Assembly: GCA_001823575.1 (NCBI GenBank)
Contig: MHUW01000016.1
Location: forward strand, 2,099-66,098
DNA from: Candidatus Yonathbacteria bacterium RIFCSPLOWO2_01_FULL_47_33b
Lineage (GTDB): Bacteria; Patescibacteriota; Minisyncoccia; Phycocordibacterales; UBA1550
Length of the DNA: 64,000 nucleotides
Reading direction: 5' to 3'
Positions within the stretch are counted from its first letter, which is position 1. Each line of letters begins with the position of its first letter. The notes beneath the pieces are model-generated. The model did no database searches. It was not told where the DNA came from and saw only the letters and a program-made list of their open reading frames with translations. The position numbers and the translations under genes are program-made. This document shows positions 47,632-56,594 of this stretch, one piece after another.

Positions 47632-48333
47632 CTAATACACCACCTCGGGGTCTTCTTGAGTAATAAGCTCGTAAGGGATAAGCTCGTTGTCTCGACACAA
47701 AAAGTATGGAAGTTGGTTGTGGGTAAAGTTCACAATATCATTCGTATTTTTGTCTTTCCATTTTGTCGCAATCTTTTTCATAAGCGCCCGCTCTTCTACC
47801 GAAAGCGTCTGTATCTTTTCGTTCTTGTTACTGTCAGACTCACTCACTAAAAGCATATCCTTGCCGTCTGCATTTTTGCGCTCTATCACAATCTTGCCAG
47901 ACTCCTCAAGCTCATCAAGGGCGCGGAAAAAAGTGTCCGGAACAGGACCATAAGCGATCTTGCGATATTGCATACCGCTCATACTTTCAAGGTTTTCGTA
48001 GAACCAAGCAAAATCTGCAAGATACAACAGTTTGGCAAGTTTTGTTTTCGTAACTTTGCCGTCATCTTTCTGCGTTAGGCTCATGCGTAAAAAAGAGAGA
48101 ATCATGTGCTTATACTTCCCAATATTGGGGATAGCGCCAGAAAGCAGAGCGTCTACGCCGATACTAAAGAAGCTTGCGAGTTTCTTTGCCTCCTCAACAT
48201 CAAGAGGCTGCTTCCCCGCCTCTATGGCAGTATAGGTAGAACGAGAAACCCCAATAGCCGTAGACACCTGTTCCTGAGAAAGCCCCCTTTCCACACGAAG
48301 ATTCTTGATAAATTGCGCATATTTATTAGTCAT
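47632..48333 (-). CDS. XRE-family HTH fused to Panacea (DUF4065/SocA-like) antitoxin domain
   Basis: N-terminal LSQEQVSTAIGVSRSTYTAIEAGKQ HTH. C-terminal KLAKLLYLADFAWFYENLESMSGMQYRKIAYGPVPDTF matches the Panacea core. Confidence 0.6.
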   Translation of the reverse strand: MTNKYAQFIKNLRVERGLSQEQVSTAIGVSRSTYTAIEAGKQPLDVEEAKKLASFFSIGVDALLSGAIPNIGKYKHMILSFLRMSLTQKDDGKVTKTKLAKLLYLADFAWFYENLESMSGMQYRKIAYGPVPDTFFRALDELEESGKIVIERKNADGKDMLLVSESDSNKNEKIQTLSVEERALMKKIATKWKDKNTNDIVNFTHNQLPYFLCRDNELIPYELITQEDPEVVY

Positions 48334-48457
48334 CCACACATTATACACAATTTTATGCATAAAAAGCAAGCATTTTTGGTTAAGGTTTCATACAATGTGT
48401 GCTATGGTTAAAATACTGGCGTAGTCGAGCCAGTGTAACCAAACTAAACAAACCGCG

Positions 48458-48664
48458 ATGGCAAAATATTACGTAAACAAAAACGCGCAACTGAATGGTG
48501 ATCATGAAGTGCACATTATTAATTGCTCACGATTACCAAACCCAGAAAACAGGTTGTATTTGGGAGACCTTGTCTATTGCTGGCAAGCAGTAAACGAAGC
48601 AAAGAGACACTATCGGCAGTCTAATGGCTGCTATTACTGCTCAAACCCTTGTCACACACAGTAG
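48458..48664 (+). CDS. Small Cys-rich hypothetical protein (68 aa)
   Basis: ORF with C-x19-C ... NGCYYCSNPCH cysteine pattern. Function unknown. Confidence 0.35.
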   Translation: MAKYYVNKNAQLNGDHEVHIINCSRLPNPENRLYLGDLVYCWQAVNEAKRHYRQSNGCYYCSNPCHTQ

Positions 48665-48714
48665 CCCAGGGTGAGGTCAATTGAGTAAAATGTGACGGAC
48701 TATTGAGAGCCAAT

Positions 48715-48808
48715 GGAGAAGGAGGAATGATTGAGTTATGACCACTCCCCTACGGCGCTAGAAAGGCACATCTCACTCATAACAAAACCCACTTTCGTGG
48801 GTTTTGTT
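48715..48808. repeat. Copy A of a ~95-bp repeated element (GGAGAAGG..ATGAT...ACGGCG.TAGAAAGGCAC...CTCATAACAAAACCC-hairpin-GGGTTTTGTT)
   Basis: About 75% identical to 50410-50510. Ends in a terminator-like hairpin aaacccac-tttc-gtgggttt. Confidence 0.6.
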
Positions 48809-48903
48809 ATGATTCGACTTCGGACATAAAAAGCGAGATCAAAAAACTTACCTGCTTATAATACTATTTGATTAGATAATTTTTACCTAATCAATATGAT
48901 TCA

Positions 48904-50268
48904 TCAATCAAACAGAGTTGGTTGTTTTATTTTTGTATCGCTGATGTCTTTCTTTACCCCGATTTCTGATTCAAACCACCACTTCAACGGCTGGTATTCG
49001 TCCGTAAGCCCAAAATAAACCATCTTCCCTTTTCTTTCTTTCTCCTCAAGAATGCCGAGATCTTTTAGGGGTTTAAAATAGTACCCAGAAATATTAGAAG
49101 ATTGTTTCCCTAAAATAGTAGATGCCTCTTTCGTACTTATATATTTGTTATTTTTCACAAGAAATGTGAGGATACTTTGCTTCCCTGGCGACAAGTCTGA
49201 CGACACTCTTTCCCAGCGCTCTCGGCCAAGAAGTGTCATTGCTTCATTCATCGACAACGGCTGCACCACGCGATCACTACATTGTCCGAGGATGTCCTTA
49301 ATACCTGTCATGATTGAGCGAATGTCGCCATGATACAGATCGTGCAGTCGAAAAACGACCTCGTCGTCAATCGGCTTAATATACTGTTGAACATTTTTTG
49401 ATTTTAAAAGTTCCATTCTTTTTTCAAAAGCACGCACTACCTCGGTTTTACTCAAAGGTTTCACAACAAGAGGTGTGCGAGTAAAAATACTTTTTACTCG
49501 TTGCTCGGGGGCAATTATTTGACTATAAAAATCTGATGGGCCAAGAAACAAAGAGTACACATCTTTCGTTTGAAGAATGTCTCGGATTTCATTAAAAAAT
49601 GAAATTACCTTTTTCTTGTTATTTTTATCCTTCAAAACAACATCAAAATTGTTTACATGAATAACAAGCCCATAATACTGACGTCCTCCGATTGTTTTTG
49701 TCTTAATAAAACCCAGGAGGTTTAAAAAATGCTGTTCAATTGATGTGGTTGTTAATTTTATAGGTGAGGAGGTGTTTCGTTCTTTACTAAAATTAACCCC
49801 GCCCCCAAAACCAGCGACATCCGCAGAAATACCACCAGAAATTGACATCATTTGGGTAAAATCAATAATAGCATTGAGCTTTGCGAGTGTTGGGTCGGTT
49901 AAAAGCTTCGGCTCTACTAGGGCTATTTCTCGAAGCATCGACCCTATCACCTCCAACAGAAAATTCTGTTTATCCAAGAGTGTGTCCGATGCCTCAATCT
50001 CTCTTCGGCATGAAAAAAGTGGCTTCTCTTTGTCTTGTTTCCAAATAAACTTCTGAAAGTTTGCCAGACTTGTTTTCCCAACACCAGTATCCCCGCACAC
50101 CGTAAGACAAATATTGTTTTCTGACTTAAAAAGACTGCTGAGAAGTTTTCTTTCGTGATCGCGACCAATAAAAGCATCCTCAAGAGAAAGCTCTCCGCCG
50201 TCAACAAGAGGAAGTGTGTCGTATGGGTTTGTTTTCAGCCCGAATTGTTGCCAGCTAATGATTTGCAT
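48904..50268 (-). CDS. AAA+ ATPase, ORC/Cdc6- or STAND-like (Walker A GDTGVGKTS)
   Basis: NPYDTLPLVDGGELSLEDAFIGRDHERKLL then P-loop, the FxGRExE + P-loop arrangement of ORC/Cdc6-like AAA_16 ATPases. C-terminal region is wHTH-like. Confidence 0.55.
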   Translation of the reverse strand: MQIISWQQFGLKTNPYDTLPLVDGGELSLEDAFIGRDHERKLLSSLFKSENNICLTVCGDTGVGKTSLANFQKFIWKQDKEKPLFSCRREIEASDTLLDKQNFLLEVIGSMLREIALVEPKLLTDPTLAKLNAIIDFTQMMSISGGISADVAGFGGGVNFSKERNTSSPIKLTTTSIEQHFLNLLGFIKTKTIGGRQYYGLVIHVNNFDVVLKDKNNKKKVISFFNEIRDILQTKDVYSLFLGPSDFYSQIIAPEQRVKSIFTRTPLVVKPLSKTEVVRAFEKRMELLKSKNVQQYIKPIDDEVVFRLHDLYHGDIRSIMTGIKDILGQCSDRVVQPLSMNEAMTLLGRERWERVSSDLSPGKQSILTFLVKNNKYISTKEASTILGKQSSNISGYYFKPLKDLGILEEKERKGKMVYFGLTDEYQPLKWWFESEIGVKKDISDTKIKQPTLFD

Positions 50269-50409
50269 AATTCTATACTATAGGCTTTTCAAATTCATCT
50301 ATATCTATCTATAATGGCTTATTATAAGGCGAAAAGCAAGTTATCCACAGCTTAAATTTATGTGTAAAAATATATAACTAATAACCATACTGGATTATAG
50401 GGAGCCCGC

Positions 50410-50510
50410 GGAGAAGGGGGGATGATAGGTTGCGACTACTCACCAACGGCGATAGAAAGGCACCCCTCGCTCATAACAAAACCCCACGTAAATATTTACG
50501 CGGGGTTTTG
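50410..50510. repeat. Copy B of the ~95-bp repeated element
   Basis: Aligns to 48715-48808. Hairpin ccccacgtaaata/tttacgcgggg at its 3' end, directly after the stop of the 50516..51016 gene. Confidence 0.6.
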
Positions 50511-50515
50511 TTTAA

Positions 50516-51016
50516 TTACTTCTGCGTCGATTCTTTTTTGTTTATCAAGCGATTATTATTTCTTATTATTTTTTTCAAAATCATTACATTATAGTTAGAC
50601 AATTTTGCAACCAACTGGTTATATGTTCTTTGTTTTTTCTGAGCCTCCTTGTTCAAGTCTTCAATTGAATGATCTAGTAACCGATGAACAAGTTGTATTC
50701 TGAATGAATTAAACTCATTCAACTGAGAAATTATCTCCTTGTCGTCACAATACCGCGAGAAAATACCGATAAGTTGACCGAGTGTTTTTTCTCTTAACTC
50801 CTTTGGTTTTGTTTTTACAAACCTTAACTTACTTTTCTTTAATAATCTCACAAACCATTCTTCTTGATATCCTATAGCATTTTGTAATATATGCTCGATT
50901 ACCGCCAAATATAAATAAGACGCCTCTAGAAAAAAATTATTATTTGTTAGCTCATCAATTCGTGGATCGATATATTCATCCCAGTTTTTATTTCGGTCAT
51001 TCATTAGATTCATCAA
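50516..51016 (-). CDS. Hypothetical protein with HEPN-like R-x4-H motif (FRIQLVH)
   Basis: 166 aa, K/E-rich. Motif R-I-Q-L-V-H is paralogous to R-N-Q-L-L-H in the 52095..52700 protein. Confidence 0.35.
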   Translation of the reverse strand: MMNLMNDRNKNWDEYIDPRIDELTNNNFFLEASYLYLAVIEHILQNAIGYQEEWFVRLLKKSKLRFVKTKPKELREKTLGQLIGIFSRYCDDKEIISQLNEFNSFRIQLVHRLLDHSIEDLNKEAQKKQRTYNQLVAKLSNYNVMILKKIIRNNNRLINKKESTQK

Positions 51017-51025
51017 AGTGGTTAC

Positions 51026-51799
51026 TTACCTACTCGTATACTTCTTATATAACTCAAATAAAAAAATGAATGCAGGAATTATTAGAGTTATGAGTTTAAA
51101 AAATACAAACGATAAGGCTAAGAAAGTTGCAAGAAAAAATACCAAACGGGCTCTTATATAGATCGACGAACTTGATGTATCAATAGCATATCCCCCAACA
51201 AGGTTACGCACTACGGATATCTTTCTTCCCCCGTCAAGATTTAGCTCCTCCATCCGAGCTAGCCCCAAATAACTATATTCAATTGTTGAACTTGCGTATT
51301 CTTTCAATTTTTTTGTCTCCAACTGGAAACACTTTTGAGGTGAATTAAATTCACGATAAATTTCATCAACAGAAAGACCGTTTTGATAGTACAAACGTAC
51401 CGCCATAGAACCAAGTTTATTACTTTTACCAAAATCACTTTTATTTAGGTCGTCTGTGTAGAAAGTAAACGGTACCCCTGGACTATTGCTATCAGCATGA
51501 AAAAACCGAAAACTATTTTTGTTTACTAAACACATTTCATGTTTATTAAAAGGAAGGTAAAGGCTTCCATTTAAAATTTCTTTTATATCTTCCCCGATTG
51601 GTAAATCTATTTTGTTGATTTCCTGATCTATTCCGATACTAAATCCGTCAAGAGGGAATCTCTGATAAACCGGCCAATAAAGGAAGGTGGTTAATACTAG
51701 CGCTAAGGTAGCAGAAATTAAAATTATTAAAGACTTACTATTCCCCGAACCAATTGCAGTTCGCTGGAGTGCCTGCTCATCTTGGTTATTTGAAATCAT
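51026..51799 (-). CDS. Hypothetical membrane protein (N- and C-terminal TM segments)
   Basis: 257 aa. TM near the N-terminus (LIILISATLALVLTTFLYW) and C-terminus (LVFFLATFLALSFVFFKLITLIIPAFIFLF). 10 nt upstream of the HEPN-like gene. Confidence 0.4.
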   Translation of the reverse strand: MISNNQDEQALQRTAIGSGNSKSLIILISATLALVLTTFLYWPVYQRFPLDGFSIGIDQEINKIDLPIGEDIKEILNGSLYLPFNKHEMCLVNKNSFRFFHADSNSPGVPFTFYTDDLNKSDFGKSNKLGSMAVRLYYQNGLSVDEIYREFNSPQKCFQLETKKLKEYASSTIEYSYLGLARMEELNLDGGRKISVVRNLVGGYAIDTSSSSIYIRARLVFFLATFLALSFVFFKLITLIIPAFIFLFELYKKYTSR

Positions 51800-52094
51800 T
51801 ATATGTTTCGATGCGTGTCGGTCTTAAGACCAACCGCTGACTCAGGGGTCAGTATCCAAATTTTATTATCTCCCTATTAGAGGACGCAGAATATATGGAA
51901 AGTTTGTATACTAAATATGTGAACATTAGAACGGTTTTAGGGCGAGAGTAATTCAGACTCAAATACCGTTCGATGGGTATAATATGACATTGGAGCCTCT
52001 TTAGGCCAACAGTTCCCTGTTACAAGTTCAATTCCTTGTAGGGAGTCAAGGGGTTTAATGCTTTCCTTATGGGTACTCTGAACACGGGGGCGCA

Positions 52095-52700
52095 TTATCT
52101 TAACCTTGGCAAGAAGGTGTCATTCAAATAAGTTTCTTTGAAGTTTTCTTTTCCACTTGCAGTAAGGGGTGAATCTAGTTTGTCTAAATAAAATCTCATC
52201 CCTTCAAAAATAAACTGAAAATTCAATATGTGTCTTTTTAGGTTTTCTAAATTTATATTTTGTTTTAACCTAGAATGCCTATTTGTCCTACCATCAAATA
52301 CAGTACTAATTGCGTGACCGTGAAGTAATTGATTGCGCATCGCAGAAAAATCTTTTAAGTTTCCTATTATACTATGGTATCTAGTTGCCTCTCTTAATTC
52401 CTCCTCGCTTGTGAAGTTAAATTTTGAATTATAGATGAACATAATTGTTTTATCTATAAAATTAACAGAATCTACATTCTTTATTATTTCAAATGTATCC
52501 ACATCTTTTTTAATTGACAATAGAGATAAATTTCTAAAAAAAGCATTGAGGCTAACCTCAAGCACTAAATGTAGGCTGATGAATATATCAATCATATCAT
52601 TTGCTGACAAATCAGAGTCCCTGATTAGGATCGAGCATCTTTCTTTGTTTGAGCTAATTAAATAACCTGATTCTGTTCTCATAGAAATTTCTTCATTCAT
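52095..52700 (-). CDS. Hypothetical protein with HEPN-like R-N-x3-H motif (AMRNQLLHGH)
   Basis: 201 aa. The R-N-Q-L-L-H motif fits the Rx4-6H HEPN signature, with the RNxxxH subtype. Confidence 0.35.
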   Translation of the reverse strand: MNEEISMRTESGYLISSNKERCSILIRDSDLSANDMIDIFISLHLVLEVSLNAFFRNLSLLSIKKDVDTFEIIKNVDSVNFIDKTIMFIYNSKFNFTSEEELREATRYHSIIGNLKDFSAMRNQLLHGHAISTVFDGRTNRHSRLKQNINLENLKRHILNFQFIFEGMRFYLDKLDSPLTASGKENFKETYLNDTFLPRLR

Positions 52701-52711
52701 TATTTTTTAAT

Positions 52712-55153
52712 TTAGTTATATATGTAAGTTATGGGAGTTGGTTTATACCACCATACTTCTATCCCCAACGGTTCAAGTTTTTCTTTTAAGACCCTAATAT
52801 TATCGTCAATCAATGACCTGTTTTTACCGTCCAAAGATGCGAATATTAAAACATTAGGTTTTATTTTTTTAGCAAGCTTCAGCGCTTCTTTAAAGTGTTT
52901 TTGTTGGAACAGGTCAGAGTTTTGTTTTATTTCTCCCATAATAAATTTCCCGTCTTGTATGCAGGCAATGTCTAAGTCACCGAGATGCTTTTCTTTTCCT
53001 TTTTTGAGTCGCTGGTGCAAATCTAGGCTAGTGCTGTAGATAAAAGATGAGCGCGCGCTATCGTACAACTCTCCAAGAGTAAGGAGTACGGGTATTAATC
53101 CATGTTGACTTACTCCGTCTTGCACAAGATTATTGAGTCTATAGAACCAAGGCTGTTCAGGTGGAAGATCAAAGACGTTGCCACATCCACGACACTCTGA
53201 TTTTTGCCGAATTTCGTTAATTTGATACCAATTTGAATATCCGCAAAATGGGCAATGTGGCTTAACTCCCACTAATAGAATATTTCGCTCAACCAATTTC
53301 TCAATGTCTTCTTCAATGTCTTCTTTTATTTCTTTGATTCTATTTTTACTCAACTTAATAACCCTGCCTTCTTTTTGAAGTGCTTCTTGCAGTTGTTTTA
53401 TTCGTTCACTCAAAAACACTGAGAATGTAATCTCCCTCCCTAGCTTACCGTGCTCCTTGGAGAGGCGTAGGATGTATTCAGTAAGCCATTTAATTTCGTT
53501 GTTCCTCTCCGCTTTATTTTTAGGGATTGCCTTTAGACTCTTATGCAATTTGTTTGAAATATTTCTTTTTTTTGCCTCCTCATTTGATTTATCGCTAAGA
53601 GCTAACATCTCAAAAACATTCCCCCAGAAAGGTTCTCTAAATTGAGAGAAAGCTGGCCACAGTCCGCCAAATAACCCAACGAGCCCATCGAGGTACCTAC
53701 CCTTATCAGAACGGCTGGTGTTAAAGTATGTCTTATTGTCAATCAAGGAAGCTCGAGGGTCACCTGTGTAGATAGGTCGATTGTGCCCATAAATAAACAA
53801 TCGGATTATATCCCTGTCTTCGGGTATTTTTATTGTTAAGTTTGATTCGTCAGGCCTAAAAGAAGATTTTGTTTCCATCAGAACGCTAGGTATCCCATTT
53901 TTTTGAATACGAGCAATTTTATTAGGGAAAAAACTATGGGCAATGTGGTTTCGATTAGGAAGTCTCCACCAATGTCTAATGTTTGTATAACTGTATCTTT
54001 CGGGCCTATATTGAATATGAACATCTAACATCCAATTACCACCCTGGACACCCTCTGGTAATTGGAGATCATTAATTACTATATTTTCTTCGTTGCTATA
54101 TGCCTGATAGAGCTCCATCCCTTGTCGAACACTGAAGTAGTTCTTATCCAAACCATAGTCTGGGAATACTTGTGTTGGTTTAAGGACCTCTACTCTTTTT
54201 CCAGCCCATACTTTCTCCCCTAAAGAGTCAGCTATTTTTTTCAGCCTCTTTTCTGTAAGTGAGAAACTCACAAATTTAATATATTTTCCATTGTTACTGT
54301 TCCCAACTTGTGCTGCTCTACGTTGAAAATAAAGCTGCAACCCTTCTTTCAGTTTTTCGTCTTCGGCTAATTCTGCAGGAAGCCAGATATGGCAAATATC
54401 AGGGCGTAGCCAATGCGGGACAGAGAGACTCCGATTCCAATAATGAACTAGATCATAGGGTGAATTGCCAACAATAACAGTAAATTGCTCGTTGTCGTGG
54501 TTATACTCAACATCTCTTGCGTTATTTGGGAAAGTAGAAAGTTGTACTGGATAAACTGGATGTTTTTGCATCTTTGATAAGTCGCCTAATGCTACATTAA
54601 TACTTTCTGATGTATCGAGGTTAAAAATTTGTTTGGGGTCAACCTTTTCTCCGATATGTTCAATCATCCATTCGTCATAAGTGCCAAAATTAAAGTGTAC
54701 AAATTGTTTTTGTTTATCATCAGTAATGTTTTTTATATTGAATAACACGAAAGTCGAGGGCTGATAGGCATGTGTAGACGAAAGCCTAGAGATCAAGTCT
54801 TTGGTTGGCTTGTTTATTGAGATATCTTGCCCATATCCGCTTATGTGTTCGTTTGAGTCTTGTGTCTCAACTACATACGGAGACAACCAGTCTTCAATTT
54901 TTTGAAGCAAAACTTTTTCTGGTTTGAGTAAAATTTTGATGACATCAGGGTCGAAATCTTTTAAGAATTCCCATCCTTCGTTGGTCAGATTTTTTCCATC
55001 CGTAAAAACAACTGGATTAAAACGCCCGTTATATTTATTTAAATTAAAATCAAAAATTTTAGAAAAGCTTTCACACGTAAATTCCTTAGGATTAACCAAG
55101 AAAGCGGTTTTAACCGGTCTTTTATTGAAATAAATGGGGTATGGGGTGCTCAT
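52712..55153 (-). CDS. Large hypothetical protein (813 aa) with C-terminal zinc ribbon (CPFC...CRGC) and PD-(D/E)xK-like nuclease motif (LDIACI...GEIK)
   Basis: Motifs read directly. No other recognisable family. A degenerate FTVIVGNSPY motif was noted. First gene of a two-gene module with the 52095..52700 HEPN-like gene. Confidence 0.45.
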   Translation of the reverse strand: MSTPYPIYFNKRPVKTAFLVNPKEFTCESFSKIFDFNLNKYNGRFNPVVFTDGKNLTNEGWEFLKDFDPDVIKILLKPEKVLLQKIEDWLSPYVVETQDSNEHISGYGQDISINKPTKDLISRLSSTHAYQPSTFVLFNIKNITDDKQKQFVHFNFGTYDEWMIEHIGEKVDPKQIFNLDTSESINVALGDLSKMQKHPVYPVQLSTFPNNARDVEYNHDNEQFTVIVGNSPYDLVHYWNRSLSVPHWLRPDICHIWLPAELAEDEKLKEGLQLYFQRRAAQVGNSNNGKYIKFVSFSLTEKRLKKIADSLGEKVWAGKRVEVLKPTQVFPDYGLDKNYFSVRQGMELYQAYSNEENIVINDLQLPEGVQGGNWMLDVHIQYRPERYSYTNIRHWWRLPNRNHIAHSFFPNKIARIQKNGIPSVLMETKSSFRPDESNLTIKIPEDRDIIRLFIYGHNRPIYTGDPRASLIDNKTYFNTSRSDKGRYLDGLVGLFGGLWPAFSQFREPFWGNVFEMLALSDKSNEEAKKRNISNKLHKSLKAIPKNKAERNNEIKWLTEYILRLSKEHGKLGREITFSVFLSERIKQLQEALQKEGRVIKLSKNRIKEIKEDIEEDIEKLVERNILLVGVKPHCPFCGYSNWYQINEIRQKSECRGCGNVFDLPPEQPWFYRLNNLVQDGVSQHGLIPVLLTLGELYDSARSSFIYSTSLDLHQRLKKGKEKHLGDLDIACIQDGKFIMGEIKQNSDLFQQKHFKEALKLAKKIKPNVLIFASLDGKNRSLIDDNIRVLKEKLEPLGIEVWWYKPTPITYIYN

Positions 55154-55178
55154 ATCAAAACTCTATCATTTTTAGTTC

Positions 55179-56292
55179 TTTTAAAGAGAGTTAATTAACA
55201 AATAGTGTTGGTGTCATTTCCAAAAGAGCAAGGTGAAACCTTGCTCTTTTCCGCATTTGGAACACAATTATGGAATGACCATCCATAATCACACAAAAAA
55301 AACGCTGTTTGAGATGCAAGAAGAGGATGATTCGCTGGGGATCAACCAAGCAAGGAAAGCAAAGATTTAGGTGTGCAGAATGCCTGCACACAGGGATCAA
55401 AAAACGTCCTGATACGGAGGAAAAGAATCGAGAGATTTTGTTTGAACGATGGCTACTAAAAACGGAGACCCTCGAACGACTGGCTCATGCGCGCCACACC
55501 AAGCCGTCAGCATTAGTGAAGTCATTTAGTAATTTTTGGAGCAAGGAGATTGAACCGCTGCCCTACCAAGGGAATGGTCGCATCCTGATTGTTGACGGCA
55601 TCATCATTGAGCGGGGCGCTTGTGTCCTCATTGCGATTGACGGAGAGGGTATCCCCATCACATGGCTGTCGTGCCGAAGAGAAAATTTTGACAGTTGGAT
55701 TCGACTGTTTGAGTTGGCAAAAAGGGAGGGGGTTCGCAGTCCCTCAGTCATCATCTCAGACGCGCAAAAAGGCTTGCTGGGGGCGATGAAGTGGGAATTC
55801 CCTTTAACTCCCCACCAACGATGCCTCACGCACGTTGTTCGTCTTGCTCAGGCATGGCTTACCAGAAATCCAAAAACAATTGCTGGGCAAGATCTGCGCT
55901 TGTTGGTTGGCACATTGTATGGAATTAAAACGAGAGACGATGCTTTGTTCTTCACGAAACAATTTGATGCATGGAAAACAAAGCATCATCATTTTCTCAA
56001 AGAGATGAGCCTCTTTCCTGAAACAAAAAGACGATGGTACACCCATCGTCGACTGCGGGGAGTGAGGTCGCTTCTCATAGGTGCTCTCCCTAACATTTTT
56101 ACCTTTCTGGAAATCCCTGATACGCCAAGAACAACCAATCAACTTGAGGGAGGGGTGAACAGTCCGATCAAGGCTCTTTTGAGGCATCATCGTGGCATGT
56201 CGACAGCCCACCGACAAGCACTTGTTTTTCGTTTTTTGCGAGCGCGACAGAAGAAGAAATACCAACACTAAATGTTAATTAACCCTTTAAAG
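55179..56292 (+). mobile_element. IS1595-family insertion sequence (~1.1 kb) with ~19-21-bp imperfect terminal inverted repeats
   Basis: IRL ttttaaagagagttaattaac (55179-55199). IRR gttaattaaccctttaaag (56274-56292). Single transposase ORF inside. Confidence 0.6.
55309..56271 (+). CDS. IS1595-family (ISXO2-like) DDE transposase with N-terminal zinc ribbon
   Basis: N-terminal CxxC...CxxC (RFRCAECLHTG). DDE-type core (LIVDGIIIERG, VIISDAQKG). Length 320 aa. Confidence 0.55.
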   Translation: MRCKKRMIRWGSTKQGKQRFRCAECLHTGIKKRPDTEEKNREILFERWLLKTETLERLAHARHTKPSALVKSFSNFWSKEIEPLPYQGNGRILIVDGIIIERGACVLIAIDGEGIPITWLSCRRENFDSWIRLFELAKREGVRSPSVIISDAQKGLLGAMKWEFPLTPHQRCLTHVVRLAQAWLTRNPKTIAGQDLRLLVGTLYGIKTRDDALFFTKQFDAWKTKHHHFLKEMSLFPETKRRWYTHRRLRGVRSLLIGALPNIFTFLEIPDTPRTTNQLEGGVNSPIKALLRHHRGMSTAHRQALVFRFLRARQKKKYQH

Positions 56293-56594
56293 AACAGGGC
56301 CAATTTATTCTACAACCCCTCCATAAGCGTTCCTTAAACCATCCTTGAACCTTCCTATAACCGACCAGGAACCAACCCGCTACCGTCTGTAAGCCATCTG
56401 GGAACCGACACTTTGTTTATCCTTATACTGTCCTATAAGCGACCCATAACCGACTTAGAGGGATTTGACCGTATTTAAAACCGCGTACAATCGGTTGTGC
56501 TGGGCGGAATACGTTGAGAGGTAAAATGGTACTACTTCGACTATCAACTATGGTTTACGAAAGGACTAGAGGGTGATAAGAAGGGGCTTAGTGT

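Noticed and set aside
48715-48808. ~95-bp repeat interpreted as a duplicated tRNA 3' end (att site)
   Set aside because: Neither copy contains a T-loop or acceptor sequence. It does not match tRNA-His. It is kept as an unexplained repeat.
51990-52045. tRNA-like T-arm (ACAAG-TTCAATTC-CTTGT) in the 295-bp intergenic region
   Set aside because: No matching acceptor stem, D-arm or anticodon arm could be folded on either strand; it is an isolated hairpin.
53900-54300. N6-adenine methyltransferase motif IV-like FTVIVGNSPY in the 813-aa protein
   Set aside because: Motif IV would be NPPY or DPPY. No upstream SAM-binding motif I (FxGxG) is present. Methyltransferase call not supported.
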